Notes under the pieces: model-generated
Databases searched by the model: none
What the model saw: the letters and a program-made list of their open reading frames with translations, nothing else
Told to the model about the DNA's origin: nothing
Shown here: positions 17,559 through 26,314 of the stretch, piece by piece
How the letters are laid out: every line of letters begins with the position of its first letter
How positions within the stretch are numbered: position 1 is the first letter of the stretch
Program-made: the position numbers and the translations under genes
IMG/VR virus record: IMGVR_UViG_3300025621_001011
Location: 1-32,051 of that record
Origin: a virus
Taxonomy: Duplodnaviria; Caudoviricetes
Reading direction: 5' to 3' (one strand)
DNA: 32,051 bases

Positions 17559-17568
17559 TCATACGTAT
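17559..17568 (-). promoter_or_regulatory. ATACGTATGA variant promoter box upstream of scaffold and capsid
   Basis: Divergent match to ATATTTATAA, located after a hairpin and about 100 nt upstream of the scaffold ATG. Confidence 0.35.
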
Positions 17569-17584
17569 GTAAAAATATCTTAAG

Positions 17585-17611
17585 ACACAAGAAGCGCTCA
17601 AAAGAGCGCTT
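17585..17611 (-). terminator. Terminator-like hairpin after the prohead protease gene
   Basis: AAGCGCTC-TTTT-GAGCGCTT followed by a weak CTTGTGT tail. Confidence 0.55.
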
Positions 17612-17651
17612 TATGCATAAAATCCGTCGGTAGCGTCCGAAGAAATATTAT

Positions 17652-18257
17652 TTATGTTATAGGACATGAACCTTTTGAACAAAGAATTTCATGTATTACT
17701 TTATTAACATTTGTATAATCATATGTGATTATATTTTTTCCTTCATTTAAGGTATGCATAAAAGAACCAGGATTTGATGGGGTTGAAACAAAATCCCAAC
17801 ATAATAATTCAAAATCATCTTGTACTTCCATTACACCACCTTTATCTTCTAAAGAACCCATACCACGAGAAGACACACCTACGGTAACTCCACTTTTAAT
17901 TAGTTCTTTAAGAATATTTCCTGAAGGAGTAGGTAAAATTTCTATCTTACCTATACAATTATCACCATCCCACCAATATTCGGATATTAAATGTGATACG
18001 TTTTTTAAATTGATAACAGTTGATTCTGGGTGGTCAAGTTCTCCCATTGAACGTCTTTGTTCAATTAATTCAGAATATTTGTCCATTTCTCTATCCCACA
18101 GACCTTTTGAGTAGTAACGACCATTTCCGTTTTTTACTTCAGCCGTAGCTAAAATACCTTCTACCATTAAATTTCCACTCTCCTTATTAACATTTTCAGT
18201 TAATTGGGAGGGGGAGATTTTTACAGTATGAGTTTCTATTAATAGCTTTTTGCTCAT
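17652..18257 (-). CDS. gp21: Prohead protease, T4 gp21-like
   Basis: NGNGRYY, MGELDHP, NVSHLI, TPSGNI, GVSSRGMGS and WDFVSTPS. Confidence 0.95.
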   Translation of the reverse strand: MSKKLLIETHTVKISPSQLTENVNKESGNLMVEGILATAEVKNGNGRYYSKGLWDREMDKYSELIEQRRSMGELDHPESTVINLKNVSHLISEYWWDGDNCIGKIEILPTPSGNILKELIKSGVTVGVSSRGMGSLEDKGGVMEVQDDFELLCWDFVSTPSNPGSFMHTLNEGKNIITYDYTNVNKVIHEILCSKGSCPIT

Positions 18258-18260
18258 GTT

Positions 18261-19571
18261 CTATTTGTTTACAGCATAAGCAGAAACTGATTGTCCTACT
18301 TGTTTAGGATCTCTTTCACCTGCAGCACCACGAGTTGGGTTATTTTTTTCATTCCAACTTACCTCATCCATTTCATCTACCATTTCTTTTTTGGAATATT
18401 TTGATCCACAAGATTTTTCATAGATTCTTTCCATTTTCATTTTCTTTCTTTCCAAATCTTTGATTTCTCTCTGCATTTGTTTCATTTTCGTCTTGTCAAT
18501 TAATTCACTAAGATTTTCATCTTCTTGGATTGAACTAACTCTATCTACTTTTTCTTGAATATGATCATGTAAGAAGTCTAATTGAGCTTCCATTTTTACT
18601 TTTTCAGCTTCTTTTCCTATTTCCGCTAATTTACTATCTATAGATTCTTTTTTCACTTTTTTCTTTTTATCTTTAGCTGCTTGTTTCATTGATTCTTTTT
18701 TATCTCCGTCTCCGTCGATATCTGCAAAATCAGGTTTTGCAGCTTCTGATGTAGTATCTGAATAAGATACTGCTGTACCTTCATCTTCCATTTCATCCAT
18801 TGGTAATTTTTTCTCTTCTTCTTTTTCAGCCATCATCTGACGAATAATATTTCCTGATTGTGCTGCTAATGAGTTTGGATTACCTGATGTTACTACTTGT
18901 CCAAATGCCTCTAAAACTAATTCTTTAGATTCTTTTACTAATTCCATAGAATCACCACCATCTTTTAATTTAGTACTAAATCCACTACCACCATAACTTT
19001 CGCCATCGTTTTGTTGTTGTTTTCCTTCTTTATATCCTAAACCTTGAACTCCAAATTGTCCTTCTTTTACATAATGTAATGGGTCTTTAGCTAAGTTTTT
19101 AACAGCTAATTCCATTGCTTCATCTAAAGATAATTCTTTATTGTAGTTAATTTCTAATTGAACACCACTTAATACTTCTTGAGCATTAACATTATTAATA
19201 TTCTCTACTTTAGGATCGTAGTCATAATTATGGGAATCAATATTTTCTACACCATCTGATATTTTGTATGACCCAGCTAATTTGCTATCCATTTCATACT
19301 TTAATTTAGAATCAGCTTTAACTTTTTCGTCTTGTTCTTTAGAATTATATTTAACTTTATCTTCATTATTTACAATAGGCTCTAATGTACCACCTTCTGC
19401 TAAGAAATTTTCAAATTTAGTCCAGAATGGGTCTTTAGCACTTGCCTCAATAGTATTAATTGGTTTTAAAGTTACTATTTGACCTAATTCTTCATTAATT
19501 AGTTCTTTATCTTTTTTAGAACTAAATTCTTTTGAAAGTTGTTCGAATAATTGATTTGGTGTTTGTTTCAT
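18261..19571 (-). CDS. Hypothetical acidic head-associated protein with an EF-hand-like DIDGDGD motif
   Basis: 436-aa ORF between portal and protease. It has PDFADIDGDGDKKESMK, a C-terminal coiled coil and many (L/I/V)xE sites. Confidence 0.7.
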   Translation of the reverse strand: MKQTPNQLFEQLSKEFSSKKDKELINEELGQIVTLKPINTIEASAKDPFWTKFENFLAEGGTLEPIVNNEDKVKYNSKEQDEKVKADSKLKYEMDSKLAGSYKISDGVENIDSHNYDYDPKVENINNVNAQEVLSGVQLEINYNKELSLDEAMELAVKNLAKDPLHYVKEGQFGVQGLGYKEGKQQQNDGESYGGSGFSTKLKDGGDSMELVKESKELVLEAFGQVVTSGNPNSLAAQSGNIIRQMMAEKEEEKKLPMDEMEDEGTAVSYSDTTSEAAKPDFADIDGDGDKKESMKQAAKDKKKKVKKESIDSKLAEIGKEAEKVKMEAQLDFLHDHIQEKVDRVSSIQEDENLSELIDKTKMKQMQREIKDLERKKMKMERIYEKSCGSKYSKKEMVDEMDEVSWNEKNNPTRGAAGERDPKQVGQSVSAYAVNK

Positions 19572-19575
19572 AATG

Positions 19576-19812
19576 TTATTTATCTAGTAATATTTCAATA
19601 TCTTTTATATAGTCTCCTATTATGTCTGTAGGTTTTATTACAGCAAAAGTATTAGGTTGTTCTCTGTAAGCTTTTATAGTTTCTATTTTTGCTAAACGTA
19701 ATAATTTTTTTACTACATCTAATCTATTTTCTAAAACATCAAAAGCTTCAATACGTTCTTTTTGGTATTGTGCTGCTTTAGATTCTTGTTCATTAATACT
19801 TCGGTTATACAT
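19576..19812 (-). CDS. Hypothetical protein
   Basis: 78-aa ORF tightly packed in the head operon. Its ATG lies within an ATATGTATAA box (19805-19814). Confidence 0.65.
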   Translation of the reverse strand: MYNRSINEQESKAAQYQKERIEAFDVLENRLDVVKKLLRLAKIETIKAYREQPNTFAVIKPTDIIGDYIKDIEILLDK

Positions 19813-19813
19813 A

Positions 19814-20464
19814 TTAATAAAGTTTTTTAACTATCATTCCTGCTCCCTTTTGTACATAAGTACCATCTTTATTTTTAGGAACTAATTTATATTTAAATTG
19901 TTTTGTATAAGCGCTATTAGTGACTCCATCAGGACCTGCTTTGGGGCCAGGACCTAAATCTGCTCCATCACCTAATTTACCCTCACCCATTGTATAACCT
20001 AAAGAACTTACCATACCCGATGGCATTTTCATTTTATATTTAGATTTTTTATTTTTTTTCTTTTTACCTGGTTGTAATTTTTTTCTTACAAAAGCATATG
20101 GTGTATTATAAGCACCTGCGGCACCAGAGGTTGAAATTTCATCTACATCTTCTTCTCTGATTGCTTTTTTATAATCGGAAGGGTAATTATTTCTAACATG
20201 AGTACGAATTACATTTCTTAATTGTTTTGCCTGTTCGTATATGTCTAAGAATTTTTTATCATCTTTAGCTTTTTGATATACACCTTTTGCTGTAGATGCT
20301 AATTCCATAGAATCTTCAACTAGCTTAGATAAATTAGGAACATAATCAATAGACCAGGATATAGCACCAGTTTCGGGATCTTTATCTGTAACTACAGATT
20401 TTACACCTCCAGTAACCTTAGTATCACCTACCTCTATTTCTTTAAGTTTATATTTGTACGCCAT
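19814..20464 (-). CDS. Hypothetical head-region protein with a basic C-terminal half
   Basis: 216-aa ORF containing DEISTSGAAGAYNTPYAF followed by a Lys-rich stretch. Confidence 0.7.
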   Translation of the reverse strand: MAYKYKLKEIEVGDTKVTGGVKSVVTDKDPETGAISWSIDYVPNLSKLVEDSMELASTAKGVYQKAKDDKKFLDIYEQAKQLRNVIRTHVRNNYPSDYKKAIREEDVDEISTSGAAGAYNTPYAFVRKKLQPGKKKKNKKSKYKMKMPSGMVSSLGYTMGEGKLGDGADLGPGPKAGPDGVTNSAYTKQFKYKLVPKNKDGTYVQKGAGMIVKKLY

Positions 20465-21311
20465 TTGCTATTTGTATTTCGTTTACTAATTGGTAATAAC
20501 GTAACAAATCAACTAAATTATTATCTCCAACTTTATCTGTTTTCTTTAATTCAGTTAAAAATTTAGCTACTTCAGTAATTTTAACTTTTGTAGCTTTATC
20601 TTTAATATTTTTTGTTTCTTTAACTAAAATACTTTTTAATTCATTAATTTTAACATTGTAGAAATTTCTTAAATCTGGTGTTGAATCTACTGAATTAATG
20701 TATTCTTTAAGTACTTGTTTTTGATCATTAGTTAATATGTCGTACTTATTATTAAACTTTTCTAATAATACCTTATAAGTAAGAGTTCTTATATCACTAT
20801 CATATGTAGAAAATTCTTCAATTACTGTTTGTTTTGAATCTTGAGTAACTTCCTTTTTAGTTAAATGTTCTAATAAAGTTACTTTATTATCTACTAATTG
20901 TGTTGGGTTAGATATAGACTTTGAATTAACATTTTCTACTAAAGTGTATAAAGCCGCTAATTCTTTATAATTTGTTATTTTAGAACCAAAAAAGGATTCT
21001 AGATTATAATGTTTTTTAATTTCATTAATCAAATTATATTTTTGTTTTTTTAAAGACTTTCTATTAAACTTAGTAGAGGCCTCTAATATAGTATCAATTA
21101 CTAATGTAGCCCTACCCTCAGTTACTACTTTAGATTTAAGTATAGATTCATATAATTTATACTCTTTACCTAAAGAAGTATTTACGAAATATTCTTTTAA
21201 AATATCTATAGCTGGTGAATTACCACCTTTAAGTGTGTCAGCGGTGATTTGGCGTACTAACAGTTCAAATAATATGCCTGTGTTTTTGTACTTTGAGTGT
21301 TTAATTTTCAT
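20448..21311 (-). CDS. Hypothetical protein downstream of the portal
   Basis: Helical-looking ORF starting MKIKHSKYKNTGILFELLVRQIT (ATG 21311); promoter box upstream. Confidence 0.75.
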   Translation of the reverse strand: MKIKHSKYKNTGILFELLVRQITADTLKGGNSPAIDILKEYFVNTSLGKEYKLYESILKSKVVTEGRATLVIDTILEASTKFNRKSLKKQKYNLINEIKKHYNLESFFGSKITNYKELAALYTLVENVNSKSISNPTQLVDNKVTLLEHLTKKEVTQDSKQTVIEEFSTYDSDIRTLTYKVLLEKFNNKYDILTNDQKQVLKEYINSVDSTPDLRNFYNVKINELKSILVKETKNIKDKATKVKITEVAKFLTELKKTDKVGDNNLVDLLRYYQLVNEIQIANGVQI

Positions 21312-21326
21312 CAAGAATATATTTAT

Positions 21327-21336
21327 TTATAAATAT
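21327..21336 (-). promoter_or_regulatory. ATATTTATAA putative late-promoter box
   Basis: Exact intergenic copy (here part of the palindrome TATTTATAAATA). Confidence 0.6.
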
Positions 21337-21346
21337 GTGGAGTATT

Positions 21347-23269
21347 TTACTTCTTTAATTGTTTTTCATCTAATAATGAAGAATCGTCTTTATCCTCTTC
21401 AAATATTAATACCTTTTTATCTAAATCCTTAAACATATTTAAATTTTTCATATATGAAGACCGAGCACTTTCTAAAGCTAATGGACTTCCTCCTTTGAAT
21501 TTATTTTTAATACTATTAGAATCATTTTTATCTGTATCTTTCATACGTTTAACTCCTAATCTATCTTTCCCAAAATTATCACCTTGTGTATTACGTTTTA
21601 CATTAGTATCTTTTGGTCTACCTAATTTAGGATCATCAGCTGCATATTCTTCTGGTTTTGGTACTGCTCCTGGGTTAGTGTACATTCTACCACTTCCATA
21701 TAATGAGGCTAAATCATGAGGTGTACCATATGATTTACCAGTTTCAACAGGATCATTTCCTTCTGCTTCTATTTGTGCCATTCTAAACTTACGTTTAGCA
21801 TCTTCTCTAGATAAATCTCTATATTCATCATATTGGTCTTCGCTAAAATGGTAAACATGATCATAAATCCAATCAGAGGGTACTAAACCTTGTTCTAATA
21901 AAGTACCAGCTAATTCGGTTTTAGATTTAAGTAATTCAATTTTTTCTTGTTCTAAGATAATAGAAGGACTAGACATTTCTAAAGTAAAATTAGTTAATGT
22001 TTCATCAGTATATCCTTGGGTATATAAATGAACTAATGCAATTTTATTTAATTCAGAAACTAATATTCTTTGTATTCTTTCAATTGTGCGTGCAAATCTA
22101 ATATCTTGTTGTGCTAGTGTAGCTTTACCTTCAACTCCTTCTTCGTATCCTAAGAAAGCTTTTGGAATTTTAAGTGCGGCAAATAATTTACCTCTTAAAT
22201 ATTCAACATCGGCAATCCCATCATATTGTAATCCTGGTGTGGTTTCTATTTTAGTTGTTTGGTCATTACCACGAACAGGGATATAAAAATCTTCCAACAT
22301 ATTTTGCATGTTGTATTTAAGGTTGTATTCTCCTGTTTTATTATCTTGGAAAGGTGTACGTTTTAAATTACCAATTGTTTTTTGCATAAATGCATCTATT
22401 TCATTTGGTGGGATAGAACCAACATTCATATAAAATATACGTTTTTCTGGGGCACGAGCAATTCTATGAATTAACATTGCATCTTCCATTAAAACATATT
22501 GTTTATATAATTTACGAGCGGGTTCAATATAAGCCCTACCATAAGGTAAATAATTAACATCTGAAAGAAGTCTAAAGTGAGCCATTTCATAATTGTCAAA
22601 GAAAATACCTTGTTCATCGTTTAAATTCCCAGCGGTTGAACCTGGTACAGGATACATACCTGAACTTAGATTATCCATTCCATCAGGAGCGTATCTAAAC
22701 CTAATAGCAGAAGGATTCTGTGGGTTATAACCTTCTTGTCTTTCTATGTGATAAGCAGTATAAGGAATTACATTGTAAACCCCATACTTTTCAGCAATTT
22801 CTAATTTTAAGAAAAAATCACCATATTTACACATTTGTCTAACCCACATCCATAAGTTAAACTCAACATTTAATACATCGTAAAATAGGTTATACAACAA
22901 TTTCTGGATATCTTCATTAGCACTTCTAATTTGAAGTACTTCACCCATATCATTTTTTAAAGTTGATTCATCTGCTAAGACATCAAGAGCAGATGCTATA
23001 ATAGCATCATTATCCATTAAATCATATTCAGAATATAATTGAGGTCTTAAATATTGGTAATTCATATTGAATTGAGCACCATATAAAGAAGAAGGGCTTG
23101 TAGAAAAAACCCTATTATATCTATCCATTAATGAATTAGTTTCTAATTCACCTGTAGATTGTATTTTAGCACTATCAATTACTTTTATTTGGTTTCCACC
23201 TACATTTCTTATTACTACGTCAGTAGAAAATAATCTTTTTAGTCTTGAAAATACGCTTTTATCAGCCAT
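21347..23269 (-). CDS. gp20: Portal protein, T4 gp20-like
   Basis: YIEPARKLYKQYVLMEDAMLIHRIARAPEKRIFYMNVGSIP, MLEDFYIPVRG..TKIETTPG, and DVEYLRGKLFAALKIP. Confidence 0.95.
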   Translation of the reverse strand: MADKSVFSRLKRLFSTDVVIRNVGGNQIKVIDSAKIQSTGELETNSLMDRYNRVFSTSPSSLYGAQFNMNYQYLRPQLYSEYDLMDNDAIIASALDVLADESTLKNDMGEVLQIRSANEDIQKLLYNLFYDVLNVEFNLWMWVRQMCKYGDFFLKLEIAEKYGVYNVIPYTAYHIERQEGYNPQNPSAIRFRYAPDGMDNLSSGMYPVPGSTAGNLNDEQGIFFDNYEMAHFRLLSDVNYLPYGRAYIEPARKLYKQYVLMEDAMLIHRIARAPEKRIFYMNVGSIPPNEIDAFMQKTIGNLKRTPFQDNKTGEYNLKYNMQNMLEDFYIPVRGNDQTTKIETTPGLQYDGIADVEYLRGKLFAALKIPKAFLGYEEGVEGKATLAQQDIRFARTIERIQRILVSELNKIALVHLYTQGYTDETLTNFTLEMSSPSIILEQEKIELLKSKTELAGTLLEQGLVPSDWIYDHVYHFSEDQYDEYRDLSREDAKRKFRMAQIEAEGNDPVETGKSYGTPHDLASLYGSGRMYTNPGAVPKPEEYAADDPKLGRPKDTNVKRNTQGDNFGKDRLGVKRMKDTDKNDSNSIKNKFKGGSPLALESARSSYMKNLNMFKDLDKKVLIFEEDKDDSSLLDEKQLKK

Positions 23270-23284
23270 AGTATGTTATTATTG

Positions 23285-23294
23285 TTATAAATAT
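23285..23294 (-). promoter_or_regulatory. ATATTTATAA putative late-promoter box
   Basis: Exact copy 15 nt upstream of the portal ATG. Confidence 0.65.
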
Positions 23295-23296
23295 TA

Positions 23297-24868
23297 TTAA
23301 AGAAGCCATTTAATGTCTTCCTTACCATCGGGTGTGTTTATGTGATAGGGATTATCTGAGCCTTGTGAAAAACCATATCCACCTTGGTACGAAGTCCTAT
23401 CTACAGACATATTACCTAAAGCATTTTTAGTTGCTTGTAGTCCTTGTTGTCTTAATTTTAGCGCTGTATCTCTAATATACATAGCTATACCAAAGGACAT
23501 TACTAAATCATCATTATACCCACTTTGAGCTTCTGCCCTATTATTTTTCCATATAAAGGTTTTCATTTCTTCTAGCAATCTTTTTGATTGTATTGTTACT
23601 CCTTTATCACTAATATATTCCTGAAATTTACCTATTACCATAGGTCTAGTTCTAGAAGACATTGTAAAACCGGCTACCATTTTTGAATGGTCCTGGTATT
23701 TGTCAAAATACGAACTAGCATTTGGGGAATCACTCTTTTGTGAATAGTAAAGGTTAGGATATTGTCTATCTAAAGCAACTTGTATTGTTGCCCAACCTAT
23801 ATTAGCATTCTCTATTACTAACATTGCTTCATTATATTCAGTAGCTAAACCAACTAATAAATGCCCGTATTCTTTTGTACCTAATTGTCCTTTATATTCA
23901 GCAACTTGTACATTATTGGCTACATCAATTACATGACATGCGGAATAATCTTTTCCATCTCCACGAGCAACGTCTGCTACTACCACATAATCTCTTGTGT
24001 AATCAGGTGATTCCCAAACCCATAAGTTTTGGTCTGCTCCTCTTCTTTCCATAGGATCTTTTATATAAGTTTTTTCATAAAAGTCTATATATTCAGGATA
24101 AAATACAATATCACCAGAGGTACTAAAATCACAATCACATTCTTGTGCAGCCATTCTAGGATCACCTAATAATTCATCTTGTGTATCCCTCCATTTTTGA
24201 TCTCTTTCTGGGTGGACATACCAGGGGAGTTTTATAGGTAAAAATTGATTTTCTCTATTTTCTGCTCTAACCCATGTTTGATGAAACCAATTTCCAGTAC
24301 CATAAGGGGTAGATAATGCTATACAACCACCACCAGTTGCTAATGTTTGTTGTGCTGAGGCCCATATTTCTCCAATATTATCAATAAAAGCTGCCTCATC
24401 AATTAGTAGTAAAGATACTGCTTCGGATCTACCTGCATCACTTGAAGCCGATGTTGCTTTAATTTGTGATCCATTTGCTAATCGTAAAGTTAATTTATTA
24501 TTTTCAGGAGCATCTATTTTAAGCCATGAAGGTAAGTTTTCATACATGAATTTTACCTTTGTTACCATGTTTTTAGCTGTTTCTTGCTTAGTTGCAATAC
24601 AAAGAATATTTTTATCCTTATGGAATGTCATTAACCACAATGAATAACCAGCACCTAAAGTAGATATACCTAACTGTCTAGATTTTAATACTACACTATA
24701 GGGATTTTCTTGAAATAACGTTAATACTTTTTCTTGGAATGGGTATAGATTAAACTGTATACGCCCACGTTGTGGGTGCTGTATATAACAGTATTTACGC
24801 ATAAAGTGTACTGGGTCTTGAGCACATTTTAAGTATTCTTGGCGTATTACTTTTTTTAAATCAGACAT
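23297..24868 (-). CDS. gp17: Terminase large subunit, T4 gp17-like
   Basis: EYLKCAQDPVHF, LYPFQ, KSRQLGIST (Walker A variant), LLLIDEAAFI (Walker B), STPYG, ADVARGDGKDYS and NDDLVMS (nuclease). Confidence 0.96.
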   Translation of the reverse strand: MSDLKKVIRQEYLKCAQDPVHFMRKYCYIQHPQRGRIQFNLYPFQEKVLTLFQENPYSVVLKSRQLGISTLGAGYSLWLMTFHKDKNILCIATKQETAKNMVTKVKFMYENLPSWLKIDAPENNKLTLRLANGSQIKATSASSDAGRSEAVSLLLIDEAAFIDNIGEIWASAQQTLATGGGCIALSTPYGTGNWFHQTWVRAENRENQFLPIKLPWYVHPERDQKWRDTQDELLGDPRMAAQECDCDFSTSGDIVFYPEYIDFYEKTYIKDPMERRGADQNLWVWESPDYTRDYVVVADVARGDGKDYSACHVIDVANNVQVAEYKGQLGTKEYGHLLVGLATEYNEAMLVIENANIGWATIQVALDRQYPNLYYSQKSDSPNASSYFDKYQDHSKMVAGFTMSSRTRPMVIGKFQEYISDKGVTIQSKRLLEEMKTFIWKNNRAEAQSGYNDDLVMSFGIAMYIRDTALKLRQQGLQATKNALGNMSVDRTSYQGGYGFSQGSDNPYHINTPDGKEDIKWLL

Positions 24869-24869
24869 A

Positions 24870-25274
24870 CTATTTTACTAAAAGTACAGCAGCTAATACT
24901 GCTACTACTCCAGCCCCTGCTGTTAATTTATTTTTAAACTTTTGTTTTTTTACTTCAAGTTTTAACTTTTCATTTAACTGTTGGGAAAGTATAAGTTGTG
25001 ACCCCTTTGTATCTAATATAGAATTAAAATTATTGATTTGAAAATTAAGGTTATTAATAACACTATCTTTTAATATAATTTTATTTTTTAATAAAGAGTA
25101 CTTTGTATTGATTAAACTTAATTCTTGTTTAAAACTATCTCCAGTTATTAAATCCTTAATTACTAGTCTGACTATTGGTTTTTTTAATTGAATCGAAGTA
25201 CTGTCTATAACGTTCTGTGAAAAACCGTTCAAGCTCATCATCCCCAAAAGAATCAACATTATTAACTTTCTCAT
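24870..25274 (-). CDS. Exported coiled-coil protein with a C-terminal hydrophobic anchor; candidate second spanin-like subunit
   Basis: Signal peptide MRKLIMLILLGMMSLNGFS|Q and C-terminal LTAGAGVVAVLAAVLLVK; overlaps the upstream gene by 119 nt. Confidence 0.55.
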   Translation of the reverse strand: MRKLIMLILLGMMSLNGFSQNVIDSTSIQLKKPIVRLVIKDLITGDSFKQELSLINTKYSLLKNKIILKDSVINNLNFQINNFNSILDTKGSQLILSQQLNEKLKLEVKKQKFKNKLTAGAGVVAVLAAVLLVK

Positions 25275-25539
25275 TTGTTTGTCTTTTTAATATAACTATT
25301 TTATTATCTTGTTTACTAATTTCTTGGTCTAATTTTGTTATTTGACCATTTAAGGTATCAATTTCCAAGGTTAATTCTTCATTTATGTTATGTAAAGAAT
25401 TAATTTTATTTTCTAATGCCTCTATTTTACTATTATACTCATTGATATATTCATCTTCATTTGAAGAGTACATATTAATTAGGTAGTAAGCACCAAAAAA
25501 TACTATAGCAATATATAAAAACCTTTCCTTAGATGACAT
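25156..25539 (-). CDS. Membrane-anchored coiled-coil protein; candidate i-spanin (Rz-like)
   Basis: N-terminal TM segment FLYIAIVFFGAYYLI followed by a heptad coiled coil. Confidence 0.6.
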   Translation of the reverse strand: MSSKERFLYIAIVFFGAYYLINMYSSNEDEYINEYNSKIEALENKINSLHNINEELTLEIDTLNGQITKLDQEISKQDNKIVILKRQTNEKVNNVDSFGDDELERFFTERYRQYFDSIKKTNSQTSN

Positions 25540-26288
25540 TATATCTTCTTATTATCTAGAATACTTTCTAGTTCTTTTTTTAGTTTAGTTTTATCTTTTA
25601 AGATTTTAACTAATTTTTCTTTTTCTTCACCTTCAGCTTTAGAATATTTTTTAGCTAATGATTTCATCTCACGAGTTAATAGTGCCAATTCTTCTTTTGC
25701 TTTAGCTAAACCTTTAGTTTTTTTAATATCGGATTTAGTTGGTTCTGCATCTTCGTTTTCATTTAAACCCATAGAACTAGCTATATCAGAGAGCCCTCGC
25801 ATAAGTCCCTTTTGAAAGTAACGAAAATCTATTTGAGAATTAAGGTATGATTTTCTTATTATTGTAAAAACTTCATCAGCAGCATTATACCCCATTTCTT
25901 CTATTTCATCTAAACCCACATTTGCATTTTCTTTTATATCGTAAGGGTTTTTATGGGGATTTACAACGGCATCATATGCTTTACCAATATCACCACCATA
26001 TAAATTATCAGTGATTTTTTTGCCTAACATTTTTAACTGGTCATTATTTAGGGTATGTTTTTTTCCAAATCCTTCTAAATAGAATTGACCTATATCTTCA
26101 TAGTCATAAGTAAAATCTTTCATTAATGGTGTTGCATCTTCTTCTATACCAGCTTCTTTTTTAGCTGATTCTAGATCCTTAATAGCGGCAGTTAATTCTT
26201 TAGTTTTTTCAATTTCTGCTTCAGTATCTTCAGATAATGTAGAGATAATATTTTCTCTAATATAATTTTTTAATTCAGATTTTTTCAT
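25539..26288 (-). CDS. Hypothetical protein, possible internal head protein
   Basis: Leader MKKSELKNYIRE|NIISTLSE|D, several (I/L)xE junctions and a late-type box upstream. Confidence 0.7.
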   Translation of the reverse strand: MKKSELKNYIRENIISTLSEDTEAEIEKTKELTAAIKDLESAKKEAGIEEDATPLMKDFTYDYEDIGQFYLEGFGKKHTLNNDQLKMLGKKITDNLYGGDIGKAYDAVVNPHKNPYDIKENANVGLDEIEEMGYNAADEVFTIIRKSYLNSQIDFRYFQKGLMRGLSDIASSMGLNENEDAEPTKSDIKKTKGLAKAKEELALLTREMKSLAKKYSKAEGEEKEKLVKILKDKTKLKKELESILDNKKI

Positions 26289-26303
26289 TATAATAAGGTT
26301 TTA

Positions 26304-26313
26304 TTATAAATAT
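26304..26313 (-). promoter_or_regulatory. ATATTTATAA putative late-promoter box
   Basis: Exact copy 15 nt upstream of ATG 26288; heads the spanin-terminase run. Confidence 0.65.
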
Positions 26314-26314
26314 G

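Noticed and set aside
7958-26313. Plus-strand TATAAATA read as canonical T4 late promoters driving plus-strand genes
   Set aside because: No credible plus-strand genes lie downstream, and the spacing fits the minus-strand starts. Antisense transcription is not excluded.
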